Assembly: GCA_015680685.1 (NCBI GenBank)
Contig: MNCI01002996.1
Location: 619,472 to 683,471, forward strand
Length of the DNA: 64,000 bases
From: Gnetum montanum
Taxonomy: Eukaryota > Plantae > Gnetophyta
Reading direction: 5' to 3'
Each line of letters begins with the position of its first letter. Within the stretch, counting starts at the first letter, position 1. The position numbers were made by a program, and so were the translations under genes. Below the pieces are notes generated by a model. The model ran no database searches. It saw only the letters and a list, made by a program, of their open reading frames with translations, and had not been told where the DNA came from. Positions 12,777-24,960 of the stretch are shown here, in pieces.

Positions 12777-15700
12777 ACACGTACAAAAGACTCTCTACTA
12801 CCACCACATAAGGCGGATTCTCTGTAATTGACCCATTTTTGGGGAATTCCTTCAATAATTTCCTATGAAACTTCAGACTTTAAAACCTTGCAATAAGATT
12901 GACAGCATTTTTCGGGTCAGTAGTAACGGAAAAATGCCTTCTTTGTAATAAGGTTCTTGATTTTCAAATCAAAAATAATCTTAGCATCAAATAATTCCTC
13001 TATCTGGGTTAACTACGTTCATGTTCATGTACAATAGGACCATTACCTTGTTTTTCCTACAGTTCCCTCCTACGCAAGGTCATTCGTTCACTTGTGGCTG
13101 TTCTTGAATTTATCAACAAAATACCTTAATTAAGGCTCGAAGTAGAAAATATCTTTTTTACGGATAATCAATTACAATCTTTTAAGTGAGACCCGTTTAA
13201 GTGACGTTACATATCAATTTCCTTTTTAATGGGTTTTATACCTGTACAACTCAAGCAGCTAGAATATGCGCTTAAGTTAACTTTATACCTTTTTTTATAC
13301 TAACTTCAGTCATTGGCTATTTTAGGAGCCAAGTCCGGTCCGTTTGATAAGACGCAGCGATCTAAACATGATGCAATTTCTTGAGACAAAGGTTAACTGA
13401 CTACCCGCTGCGCTTCCTGGTGGGTCGTGCTGGGAGCCTGCTACACAAAATTCATAAATTTCTGCTCAGTTGAAATTTTTAAACTTTTAAGTCTTATCAA
13501 ATAAAGGCATACAAATTGAAAGAAAAGGTAACTTGAGCAAATTTTCCTGTCTGACCGTGGTTCACTTCTTACAGCTTATCAGCTTTGCATTGGCTTTTGA
13601 CTTAATTACATGGGTTTAATTATATGAGTTTAGCGAAATAAGCATAAGGGTTAATTTAGATGTCTTTAGGAATAAAATTTGAAGGAATCAATTCTTAAGC
13701 AGCATGTCATATTATTACATCGTAAAATGTATAACTACCTTTTGAATCCTTTCTTTAAAATACAAGATAATCTTGTTTGATGGTTTGATGATCTTCTTTA
13801 TTTGTTAGATTTGATACTTGCTTTTTCATTTGTTTGTTTCAACCACTTCAAAATATTAAACTTCTTCAAAAAAACCAATATCATACAATCTAGTCATTTT
13901 AGTGGCATTATATTTAGAAATTAGTAATGCAAAGTATTCAAGGATTTTTTGAATATGTCCCATCTTTAATTGCTTCAATACATGTTTGCATTCTTCTATT
14001 TTCCTTTTTTTTATTCAAAGCTTATTTTTTCCATAAGATCTTCATTACCCAAATTTTTCTCCTTTCAATTTGTTATAATTGTACCAAATTTTTCCTCAAG
14101 TAGTTGGATCACTAAATTCTTAAATAATCGCCTTTACAATAATTCAAGAGTGTATTAGACAAGCTTGAGAGGTGCATTGTATTTTGTATGATATCATGAA
14201 AAACTTCAATTAAAAAACTTTCAAGAATCTTAGCAAGTTAAAGATTTATTGCTTTAATTGAGAATCTTAGCAAGTTGAAGATTTATTGCTTTAATTTAGA
14301 GGTTGGATTTTTCCTTATTTTTGCTCTTTAACCTATTCTACTGTCTATTGTTGTCATGTCATGATAGCTTCTAGTAGATCAAACAAAGTGTCTTGATTTG
14401 CATTTATGTTAAACCATCACTATTGCATATTCTTTCATTAGAATCTCTTGTTTCTCTACTACTTCCCATCGTTGGTAAATCCATTTAGAAATCATTTTCT
14501 AATTCTAAAGAAATATTAGTTGTTCATCTTTCATAAGTTTCTGCTCTTAAACTAGGCCTTTTAGTCACATATTAATTTCATATACTTGAAATTTGATAGA
14601 TAGAACCATATCTTCAATGAAATGAAACCTTAACAAAATAATAAAACACTACTCTTAGGAAATAGCAAAACCCTTAAAGAAATAACAAAAACACTGTACA
14701 TAACTTCGGTAAAGCAGCAAAACCCTCTGCAAAACACTGTACATACCTTTAGGAACGCAGCAAAACAGTCAATCTTCTTCAGAGCTTTGGAAAACAGGAA
14801 AATCTTTTGCAGAAAATTCCCCTCGAGAAAAAAATTCCAAAATGTCACTTGAATTATAAGATGTTAAGTTTCACTGCATTAAATTTTTGAAAACATACTT
14901 CTTATCTAATTTTACCGTTTCCTTTGAAGCAAACCTCTAACCATGCTCATTTTACTTTTCATGCTCAAAAGAAAGATCCAAGGAACCAAGTCTATACTGG
15001 ATTTGTTAACCAAGAATTTCCACTGTCAACCGAAAAGAAAGCTTGTGAAACGTGTATGGATCCTGCGCTTGCGGTGCACGTGAAGAAATGTGGAAGATGC
15101 CAGATAGCGTGCCAAATTGATGGCATACTGACCCATACGATGTGAAAGAAGGCAGCCACAAACGATGACATCAGTACAAGCTGGTACGACATTGTGCTTC
15201 TCCATGACTCATCTCCTTGTTCTCAAACGGTAGCCTTTGACGTTGCGTTAGCCTAAGCAGGCTAATTTAAGGCCTTTTCTTGCGTTTCTTTCAGTTATTT
15301 ATGCGAAAAATATATTCGATGCCCATCAAAATTTTTATGGGGCACTTATACTGGTATGTATATGTATTTTATAATAGCGAGAACTTCAACATCTTACATG
15401 GTTTTGAAATTTAAGATTATTAATTTTCATTTAAAACTAAGCTTTAAATAGATGTAATAGTTACAACATTATAATTATAATTAGAAATTTATACAAGAAC
15501 TATGATTTCTAAGTTTTTTTAGTGTTGCAGGGAAAAAGGAATTCAAGCGGATAGCGAACCGGGCGAAAACAAATTTTGTTACAGAAGGAAACACGGGGAA
15601 AAAATCAGTTGTTAAAAGTACCAAAATCTTATCAGTGGAGAGAAAAAATGAAGGCGGGCACTGAAACAAAATACGTCGATACGCACAGGTGGGGCAGAGG

Positions 15701-15923
15701 AATCACAGGCAGTTCATCGTGACTGTATGACCTTATCGTCCAGACCTTACGATGCATGATAGTGGTCCATATGAAATGAGACACCGTCTCTTTCAGACCA
15801 GGTCAGAGAGAGACTTCAAAATGAAGCTCATGCTCACCTACCGCTTATATAATCTCATCATTGTCAGCAATTAGAGCAAAGCAGAGCATTGTTTTCAAAG
15901 CAGAGCAGAGGAGAGCAAAGATC

Positions 15924-16206
15924 ATGGTGGCTTCCTTTGCAGCCGCTGCGCCTCTGGCCGAGTTGTATGTCTATCGATCTCACCTTGACCGACTCCAACG
16001 CCAAAACAAACAGCAGCAGGAGGCTCAGGTGGATTCTACTTTTTCTTCTTTTTGTGTTGTTGTTGCAGCTGATGAGGAGGTCAATAATGGCAGCAACAAA
16101 CATCAGCACCATAACTCCAACAAAAAACAGCAGCACCATTAGCATTAGAAGCAAAGTCTGTTCAAGTCTAAGTCCAAGTCCAAGTCCAGATGCAACAACA
16201 ATATAG
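15924..16206 (+). CDS. Putative small uncharacterised plant protein (MVASFAAAAPLAELYVYR...); ends at 16142 if unspliced, or 16206 if a 40-nt GT-AG intron (16029-16068) is removed
   Basis: TATA (ttatataa, about 15846), a purine-rich leader and an ATG in good context. The N-terminal LAELYVYR resembles my recollection of a small plant protein family with an 'AEAYV.RK' motif. The intron would be unusually short. Confidence 0.4.
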
Positions 16207-16207
16207 T

Positions 16208-17415
16208 TGTTGATGCATAAATTTTGGTCATGCCAACACCGGAAAAACTCGTTTGAGGAGACTATTGCCTAGGGCGCCTCCCGTATGGGTACGGAAACCG
16301 GGAATAGTCGGAGAGAACTATGTGACCAAGTGATAGAGAGATAGAGAGAGAAAATACAGATAGAGATAGAACAAGGAGAGAGAAACGGACGTCCAACGTC
16401 CAAATTGCTGTGAAAATAGAAGAAAATTTGCTGACGCCCAACCGTCTAAATTGCTGCCGACGCCCAACCGTCTAAATTGCTGCCGACGCCCAACCGTCTA
16501 AATCGCTGCCGAAAAGAAAATCTGGGAAGAGAGAGGGTTTAGTCCAAGGCTTCATGGCCCTGGCCTCATTGGCCTAGGGCTTCTTGGCCTGACTTCGCCT
16601 CTGCCTCCTCCCTCAACTCCATCACCTTGATGGCTTTTTATAGCCAATTTTAGGGTTAGGGTAACCCATCTTTTTTTTATTTTTTATTTTTTTTATTTTT
16701 TATTCTTCTTTCTTTTTTTATTCTCCTTTTTTTAAAAAAAATAAACAAAGGCCCCATGCCAAGCAAGCATGGGCGCGCTGGTATCAACACTTAGGCCTCA
16801 ACCGAAAAGGAAAAGAAAAAAAAAATGGTCAAACCAGGCCCTCCTTCTAACGTCAAAAAGGTGTTAATGCATAAATTTTGGTCATGCCAACACCAGAAAA
16901 ACTCGTTTGAGGAGACTATTGCCTAGGGCGCCTCCCGTATGGGTACGGAAACCCGGGAATAGTCTCACCTGGAGAGAACCATGTGACCAAGTGATAGAGA
17001 GATAGAGAGAGAAAATACAAATAGAGATAGAACAAGGAGAGAGAAACGAACGTCCAATGTCTAAATTGCTGTGAAAATAGAAGAAAATTTGCTGATGCCC
17101 AACCGTCTAAATTGCTGCCGACGCCCAACCGTCTAAATCGCTGCCAAAAAGAAAATCTGAGAAGAGAGAGGGTTTAGTCCAAGGCTTCATGGCCCTGGCC
17201 TCATTGGCCTAGGGCTTCTTGGCCTGACTTCGCCTCTGCCTCCTCCCTCAACTCCATCACCTTAATGGCTTTTTATAGCCAATTTTAGGGTTAGGGTAAC
17301 CCATCTTTTTTTTCTTTTTTTTATTTTTTATTCTTTCTTTTTTTATTCTCTTTTTTTAAAAAAAAAATAAACAAAGGCCCCATGCCAAGCAAGCATGGGC
17401 ATGCTGGTATCAACA
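16208..17415 (-). mobile_element. Non-autonomous two-LTR retroelement (TRIM-like), LTRs 16208-16789 and 16862-17415, 72-bp internal region
   Basis: Near-identical direct repeats with TGTTGA/TGTTAA...TCAACA ends and a perfect TSD atagt (16203-16207, 17416-17420). TATA (ggctataaaaag) is on the minus strand. PBS-like ttttgacgttagaaggaggg follows the minus-strand 5' LTR. Confidence 0.92.
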
Positions 17416-18238
17416 ATAGTTGCTCCTTCTGCTTCACCTGTAGCTAGGCACACCTCCTAATATGTTTCTTCTTCTTCTTCAGTCTCATTTCATGTGCTTT
17501 CACTGCTCTATTTTACCAATAATCTCCGCTTTCTTTGGTGTTAGCTCCATCTTGTAGGACAAATTGTTGTAAGTTTATTCATGGTTCACATCTTTGTGTA
17601 AGCCATGCTACTCAGGTAGCATACTTGGTCGTGGTTTCTGTAGGAAGAATAAACCAATGCTTGAATTTGAAAGTAGCGTTGTATTACTATTTCGTTAGCC
17701 TTGGGAGACTCGACCTCTCCTGGAAATAAAAAATAAGCCTCCAAACTATACTCATTGAAGGTGCATTTCACACTTTATGGTTTAATGGTTAGTACTCTTT
17801 TCAAGTGAAATATATGCTACAGTAGAATTGTGGTTACATCTATGCTTGTGCCTTGGAAATGATGCGCCCAAAATCATGGTTTAATTCTAACAATTTGTGT
17901 TGGAGTCATGTGGCGACTGATCCGGATTATTGGGTCATGGGCCAATTTAGATTATAGACGGTTTCTTGATGCATATTTATGTAACATTTTGAAACTCTCT
18001 TGTAACTATAATCTACAAAATATACAATGAAACTCTAGTGCAGCCATGAATGAGAGGTGCGGCCATGAATGAGAGGCGATCTTGCTAAACTACAAAGTGT
18101 TCTATGTGTGCTTGTTTTTCCCGTTCTTGTTTTTTTCACTTGATTCATTTCCTAACAAACTGGTATTAGAGCTTGGTTTGCAAAGGATCAGTGAGCTCAG
18201 TGGTGTCTAAGGATGGGAAAGTAGAGATCGACAAGTTT

Positions 18239-19197
18239 TGATGAGTGGCGAGGTACCCCTACGTTCAACCATACGAAATGAGTGTTCTCACGCACGATCC
18301 GGTCGAACTCCTCAGACGGACTAGTTGTGGCACCTAGACAGTTATCTTTAGGTCGCAGTTTGTTGTCTTCCCACCTGGACTAGTATTGTATTTGTCACGT
18401 ATGGTTTAGTCCAGAGTGAGGTGTATGATGTGTTCCTAATTCTGACGCTACTCCTAAAGGCAGTGGAAAATAATATTAACTAAGCTAAGCTAGGAGGAGA
18501 AGGGTAAGAGAATCTAATCTAGCCTAAGTGCGACGAGCAATCGATTCCTTGATCAACCGTACACATCTTGGACCTCGTACACGACTACCACTGGGATTAC
18601 CAAGCGTAGATCCTAGATACGCCACTGAGATTACCAAGCGCAGATCCTAGATACGCCACTGGGTTACCAAGCGTAGATCCTAGATACGTCATTGGGCTAC
18701 CAAGTAGTCACACTTAAATGCTCAAATCAAGTCATACTTGTTCTGTGTTCTAGGAGTTTAAGGGTGAGAGAGAAAGCAGTAAATAACATTAAATAAATAA
18801 ACAAACAAATAAATAACAAAGTGAATGCTGCAATGATGAAGTAATCTCGATCTTTATTGCCGGTCATGTGCGTGCCCAAGTACGTCACACTTGAATAAAG
18901 ACACCGTACAATTACATTCACCACACTGCGGGCAGACACGGGAAAAATAATCTAACTCTAGAGGGATCAAACTGCCAGAGCTTCGCTACTTCTAACTCCT
19001 AATACCTAAAACTAGGAAAGCTGCCTCTTATTTATAGAAATTGCAGCGCATTGCGATATCGCATAGGGAAGATACGATATCGCGTACACGATATCACGGC
19101 TACAATATCACGGCCGTTGCAATATCTCAGCTACTAATACAACAGGGCTGATATATCACGGCTGCGATATCACAACCAGCAAATTCATGACTCATCA
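18239..19197 (-). mobile_element. Solo LTR (959 bp), Athila-like family, inserted in the copia gag
   Basis: TGATGAG...CTCATCA termini and TSD agttt (18234-18238, 19198-19202). Removing it restores the gag reading IDKF|DGTNFG. Confidence 0.95.
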
Positions 19198-22100
19198 AGT
19201 TTGATGGGACAAACTTTGGATCCTGGAAGATGCATATTGAAGATTATCTATACCAAAAAAAAGTTGCATGAACTGTTGTTGAGGAAGAAGCCAGATCATA
19301 TAAACAAAGAGGATTGGGGATTGGAACTGTTAGATCACTAGGCTCTTCGGGTGACTTTTTTAAGGTTATCACATAACGTTGTGTTCAATATCATCAATGA
19401 AAAGACTACTTAGGGTTTGATGAGAAACCATCTGCCTCGAACAAGGTATATATGATGCATTGATTATTCAATATGAGGATGTTTGAAGGTACATCGATTA
19501 CAGATCACATCAATGAGTTCAATGTGATCACAAGTCAATTGAGTTTTATGAAAATCGACTTTTGATGATGAGATCAAAGCGTTAATCTTTTTATCATCAC
19601 TACTTGATAGTTGGTCTACAATGGTGATTGTAGTTAGTAGTTTATCAAGAGATCAAAAATTGAAGTTTTCTGGAGTTTGAGATTTGATTCTCAGTGAGAA
19701 TATACATAGAAGGGAGTCAGATAAAACTTCAGGTTCTGCCTTGAGTAATGAGGGCAGAGGTAGAAGTCTTTAGCAGGGACAGAGTTAGGGCCATAGAAAA
19801 CCAAAGTCCAAGGGAAGAAGTCGATTCAAGGGTTGCAAGAATGTCACCTGTTGGAATTGCAATTAGAAAGGTCATCTCAGAAAACAATGCACAACACCAA
19901 AAAAAAAAAAATCAAAATGATGATTTAGCAAATGCAGTTGTTGAAGAAATTGTTGATGCCCTAGTTTGTTGTGTGGATAGTGGTATTGAATCTTGGATTC
20001 TTGATTTAGGTGCATCATTTCACTCTACTCCTTCTAAAGAACTATTTAATAACTATGTTCCTCGGAATTTTGGAAAGGTTTATCTTGCAGATGATGAGCC
20101 ATTGAACATTGTGGAGAAGGATGATGTTTATAAAAAGGCTACCCACGGGAAGCAACTGAAGTTACGGAATGTTAAACATGTTCCAGGTTTAAAAAAAAAC
20201 ATTATTTCTATGGGTCAGATAGATGTTGAAGGGTACATTACAATATTTGAAGGCAAATCTTGGAAAATTATTAAAGGAAATATGATCATTGCTGAGGGAA
20301 ATAAGGTGGAAACATTGTACACCACTTCAGAAATAAAAGACATAGTGTCAATGGTTGATTTAGAATCAATGTCAACGTTGTGGCATCAAGGGTTGGGTTA
20401 CATGAGTGAAAAGGGAATGAAGTTGTTGGCCTCATAGGGGTGATTACGGAACTTGAAGTCTATTAATGTAGATTTATGTGAAGGATGTGCTTATGGGAAG
20501 TAGAAAAGAGTTAGTTTCTCAAAATTTGGAAGAACATTAAAGACCAAGAAGTTGGAAATGGTACATACAAATGTATGGGGATCAACCCCAGTGAGTTCCC
20601 TTGGTGGCTTGTGTTATTATGTCACATTCATTGACGATTCCACTAAAAAGGTATGGGTTTATTTTCTTAAAAATAAATCTAATGTGTTTTCTACATTTAA
20701 AAGGTGGAAGGCAAAAGTGGAGAACCAAACTAGTTTGAAAGTCAAGTGTTTGAGGTCTGATAATGGAGGGGAGTATGATAGTCTAGAGTTGAAGGCTTTT
20801 TGTTTTGAGAATGGGATCAGAATGATTAAGATAGTTCTTGAAACACTAGAGCAGAATGGTGTTGCTAAGAGAATGAACAAGACCTTAAATGAGAGAGTTA
20901 GAAGCATGAGGATATCTTCTGGACTACCAAAGATGTTTTGGGCAGATGTAGTTAGCACAACAACCTATCTCATAAATCAAGGACCTTCAATTCTATTGGA
21001 CTTTAAAATACCTAAGCAGGAATGGTTAGGAAAGACAATAAACTTCTCACATTTAGAAGTTTTTGGTTGTGTATCATATGTGCATTTAGGTTCTAATGTT
21101 CAAGATAAACTTGACCCTAAAGCCAAGAAATGTTATTTTATTGGCTATGGTTCTGATGATTTTGGTTATTGTTTTTGGGATGATCAACATAGAAAAATTA
21201 TAAAGCACAGGGATGTCACTTTTAATGAACATGTGGTGTACAATGATAGGTTTGGATTAGTATCTAACAGTGAAGGGAAGCAGAAAAAGGAAAGTGAGAA
21301 GGTTGAATTGGAAGAGATATCTAAAAGGGATGCAGTTGGGAAGATTCAAGAAAACCTTGGAAACAAGATAGCTGAAGATGAAGCTAAAGTTGAGTCAAAA
21401 ACAGTTACACTAGAGCCTCAGTTGAGAAGGTCTGCTAGAACATCAAAGCCTAGATATAGCTACTCTCCCTCGTTACATTATTTACTTTTGACTGATGCTG
21501 GGGAACCAGAATGTTTTGATGAAGCAATGCATGTGACAGATTGTGTTAAGTGGGAGTTGGCTATGAGAGATGAGTTAAAGTTACTCTAGAAGAATACAAC
21601 ATGGACACTGCCTAAGTTGCCAAAAGGAAAGAGGGCATTGCAGAATAAATGGGTGTACGGGGTCAAGGAAGAACATGATGGCAGCAAAAGATACAAGGCA
21701 AGGTTAATAGTCAAGGTTTTCCAACAAAATAGAAGAATTGACTACACAGAGATTTTCTCTCTTTTCGTAAAGTTGACTACCATTAGATTAGTGTTAAGTA
21801 TTGTAGCTATTAATGATTTGCATCTAAAGTAGTTAGATATCAAAACTGCTTTCTTGCATGGTAACCTTGATGATGACATTTACATGGTTCAATTAGAAGA
21901 TTTTTAGGTTGCTAGTAGAAAAAAATCTTATGTGTAAGTTGCAGAAGAGTTGTAAATTGAAATAGGCTCCTAGGCAGTGGTATAAGAAATTTGATCTATT
22001 CATTTTTAATGCTGATTTCACAAGATGTGAGATGGATCATTATTGCTACACAAGGAGGTTTGATGAATGCTACATTATTTTGCTCTTGTAGGTTGATGAT

Positions 22101-22365
22101 ATGCTTGTTGCAGGGTCCAATTTACAGGAGATAGATAAACTAAAGCAACAATTGGCAAAGGAATTTGAGATGAAAGACTTGGGACCAATCAAGCATATAC
22201 TTGGGATGAGAATTAGTAGAACCAGATCTCAAGTGATTCTCAAGTTGTCTCAAGAAAAGTATATAGAAAAAGTGCTTAGCAGGTTGAGCATTCAGGATGC
22301 AAAGACTAGATGCACTCCATTGGAAAGTCACTTCATTCTCAGTAAGAATTAGTCACCAAGGAAAA

Positions 22366-22640
22366 AAGTTGAAAGGTTAGCTATTACAGAAATTAAAGGA
22401 TCAGCCGTTATAGAAGTTGAAGGGTCAAACATTACAGAAGTTGAAGGGTTGACCATTACAGAAGTTGAGAAGTTGAAGAGTCAGTTGTTACAAAAGTTAA
22501 AGTGTCGACCATTATAGAAGTTGGAGGGTTAGTCGTTATAGAAGTTGAATGGTCAACCGTTACAAAAGTTGGAGGGTCGACTGCTACAAAAGTTGAAACT
22601 ACTACAGAAGTTGAAAGGGTTGGCCGTTATAGAAGCTAAA
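22366..22640 (+). repeat. Degenerate 24-bp tandem array (about 11 units, consensus gaagttgaagggtcgaccgttaca) inside copia pol
   Basis: Recurrent (a/t)(c/t)a(g/a)aagttg at about 24-bp spacing, running into RNase H EAKMEMIWLK. Confidence 0.85.
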
Positions 22641-22883
22641 ATGGAGATGATTTGGTTGAAGGATCTTCTAAGAGAGTTAGGTAAGACACAAGACAGCAGT
22701 GAGCTTTTCAGTGATAGTTAGAGTGTTATGCATCTAGGTAGAGATCTAGTTTTTCAGTCCAAATTTAAACACATTCAGTTGAGGTATCATCATATTTGTG
22801 GGTTGATAAATGATAGAACATTACTACTAAGGAAGATTCCTAGGTCAAAGAACCTTGCAGACATGTTGACCAAGGTTTTGTAG

Positions 22884-23285
22884 ATGCAAACTTTGATTAA
22901 GTTTATACTTGAAAAGTCCGTAACTTTATACTATGTCCCATTATTTGAAGGTTTTGTAGATGCAAAATTTGTTGTTGATCATGATACAAGACGTTCCACT
23001 ACAAGGTACACATTTATTTTTGGTGGTGCAATAGTGAGTTGGTTTTCACATCTACAACCACTGGTAACTTTATCTACAATCAAATCAAAATATGTAGCCC
23101 TCACAGAAGCATGCAAGGAGATGTTATGGATGAAGAGATTCTTGCAATCTCTTGGACTAAAATAACAAAGGTATGCTGTGTTTTGTGTTTTGTGACAGTT
23201 TGAGTGCAATCCATCTTGCAAAGAATTCTGCCTTTCATGCTAGGATGAAACATATAGATATTCGGTTCCACTTTGTAACGAACCA
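22884..23285 (+). mobile_element. Second, different Ty1/copia RNase H fragment
   Basis: EGFVDA..DTRRSTTRYTF..GGAIVSW..LSTIKSKYVALTEACKEMLWMKRFL and CDSLSAIHLAKNSAFHARMKHIDIRFHFV. Confidence 0.9.
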
Positions 23286-24638
23286 CTTCTCATTGAGTTT
23301 TTGCATTAATGATTGTAATAGTCTATTGTGTGTTTGTATGCATGTTTTGTTGACAAGTTGTGTGTGTGCTTTGGTGGAAAAGGCTAATTGGAATAGTAAT
23401 AAATTTGTTGACCATATTTTTATATGTATTATGATTAAATGTTTAAATACTTTATGCATAAGAAATATGATTTAAAATACATGCTAGGAATATTTTAGAA
23501 TAATAATAATAAATGATATATGGGAAAACAAAATATTTTCTGTTCTATTTCAACAGAGATGCTGAGAAACAAAGGACAATGCTCTAAGATGTGCCTTAAG
23601 AGCTAAAACAAGTATGTTGAGATGTAAATGAATGCTCATATTGAAGAACTTGACCTATGAATCAAGTTGGAGAAACCTGACCCATGAATCAGGGATACTT
23701 TGTGCAAATACTGTAGCTTTATATTTTATTTTATCTAAATGTGATGCATTGCTCTTTTTAGTTTAAAATAGTAGAGTATAAGTACCCTCTTCATTGCTGT
23801 AGAAAGGTCATGTGAGACCTTTCAAGGATTGTAAGACGATGAGAAAATTCACATCGCTGATGACCTAAAAAAGAAGGTGCCTTACTTGATTATGTATCTT
23901 GAATTGCCCTTGTCATGAATTTACTTGAAAACTCTTTCCTTGCATCTTATGACAATTTTGAATGATAAAAAGATAGATATTATGTTGGAATGATCAAGAG
24001 GAATTGAACTTGAGATCTAGCAAAATCTGAATTCTAAAATATCAAAATTGTTGATTTAGGAATTGAACTTGCAACCTATGAATATACATACTTTATTGAT
24101 TTTATTATAGTGATCATGAAGAGAATTGAACTCATGATCCATTGCTGAAAAGTGAGAGAGAAAAAGAGAGAGATAACTTTAAAAAAGAAAGAAAAGAATA
24201 CGAACAGTCCCCAACAAGTTAGTTACAAGAAACCAAAGAAAAGAATACGAATAGTCCCCAACAAGTCAGTTATAAGAAACCATTCATTATCCCTAATTAT
24301 ACTTACAAGTAGGAAGAGGAGGAGAGGAAAAAAAAAGGGACACACACAAGGCAAAAATAGCTTTGCAGAACACACAAAAAAGAAAAAAAAAAGGATACAT
24401 CAAAAGGAGTGTGGTTGCGAAAGAAGAGAAGACTGTTGTTGCTGCTACAAGAAATAGCAAAAAGGAAGAAAACAAGTGTGGCATAGCAATCCAATATTCG
24501 GATAATTTCTTCTAGTAAGTAAGATATCTAAGCAAGGAGGTAAAATGATCCATTTTTGTTATGTTTGATAATGGTTAGCAAGGGCTGATTTTCTCACTTT
24601 TCTCTTCTTGCTTGTCTAACCACCTTCACAATGCTTAT

Positions 24639-24960
24639 ATGAAAATATCAAGATTGTCGTTGTAAACTTAGACTTATTTTTTTGGATCTCTCCACCCATC
24701 CTCTGCACTCTCATACTTAAATGACTTGGATGAGAGTTGTTTCTGTAATGATTCAAAAACACCTATAACGATTTAGGGTATTTTTGGCAAAAGATTGCAA
24801 ATGAAAATATCAAGATTGTTGTTGTAACCTTAGACTTATTTTTTTGGATCTCTCCGCCTATCCTCTACACTCTCATACCTAAATGACTTGGATGAGAGTT
24901 GTTTCTATAATGATTCAAAAACACCCATTATGATTTGGGGCATTTTTAGCAAAGGATTGC
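24639..24960 (+). repeat. Tandem duplication, 2 x 162 bp
   Basis: atgaaaatatcaagattgt...gattgc repeated at 24639 and 24801. Confidence 0.9.

Larger units (their letters stand above)
17898..22880 (+). mobile_element. Decayed Ty1/copia retrotransposon (Tnt1/Tork-like): 5' LTR 17898-18157, PBS 18161-18172, gag-PR-INT-RT-RH with stops and frameshifts; no 3' LTR seen
   Basis: LTR runs TGTTGG...CTAACA and is followed by tggtattagagc (tRNA-iMet PBS). Protein motifs: IDKFDGTNFGSWKMHIEDYL (gag), WILDLGASFH (protease), KCLRSDNGGEY / EQNGVAKRMNKTL (integrase), NKWVY..K / YKARL / VDDML (RT), KNLADMLTK (RNase H). Confidence 0.95.

Noticed and set aside
13345-13450. GC-rich double hairpin with ATGATG, CTGA, ACA and ctaaac (snoRNA or telomerase RNA?)
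   Set aside because: C-D spacing is too short, there is no H box, no full CTAAACCCT template and no USE promoter.
18589-18705. CRISPR-like repeat/spacer array
   Set aside because: Eukaryotic LTR context, no cas genes, and the 'spacers' are near-identical or short self-hairpins.
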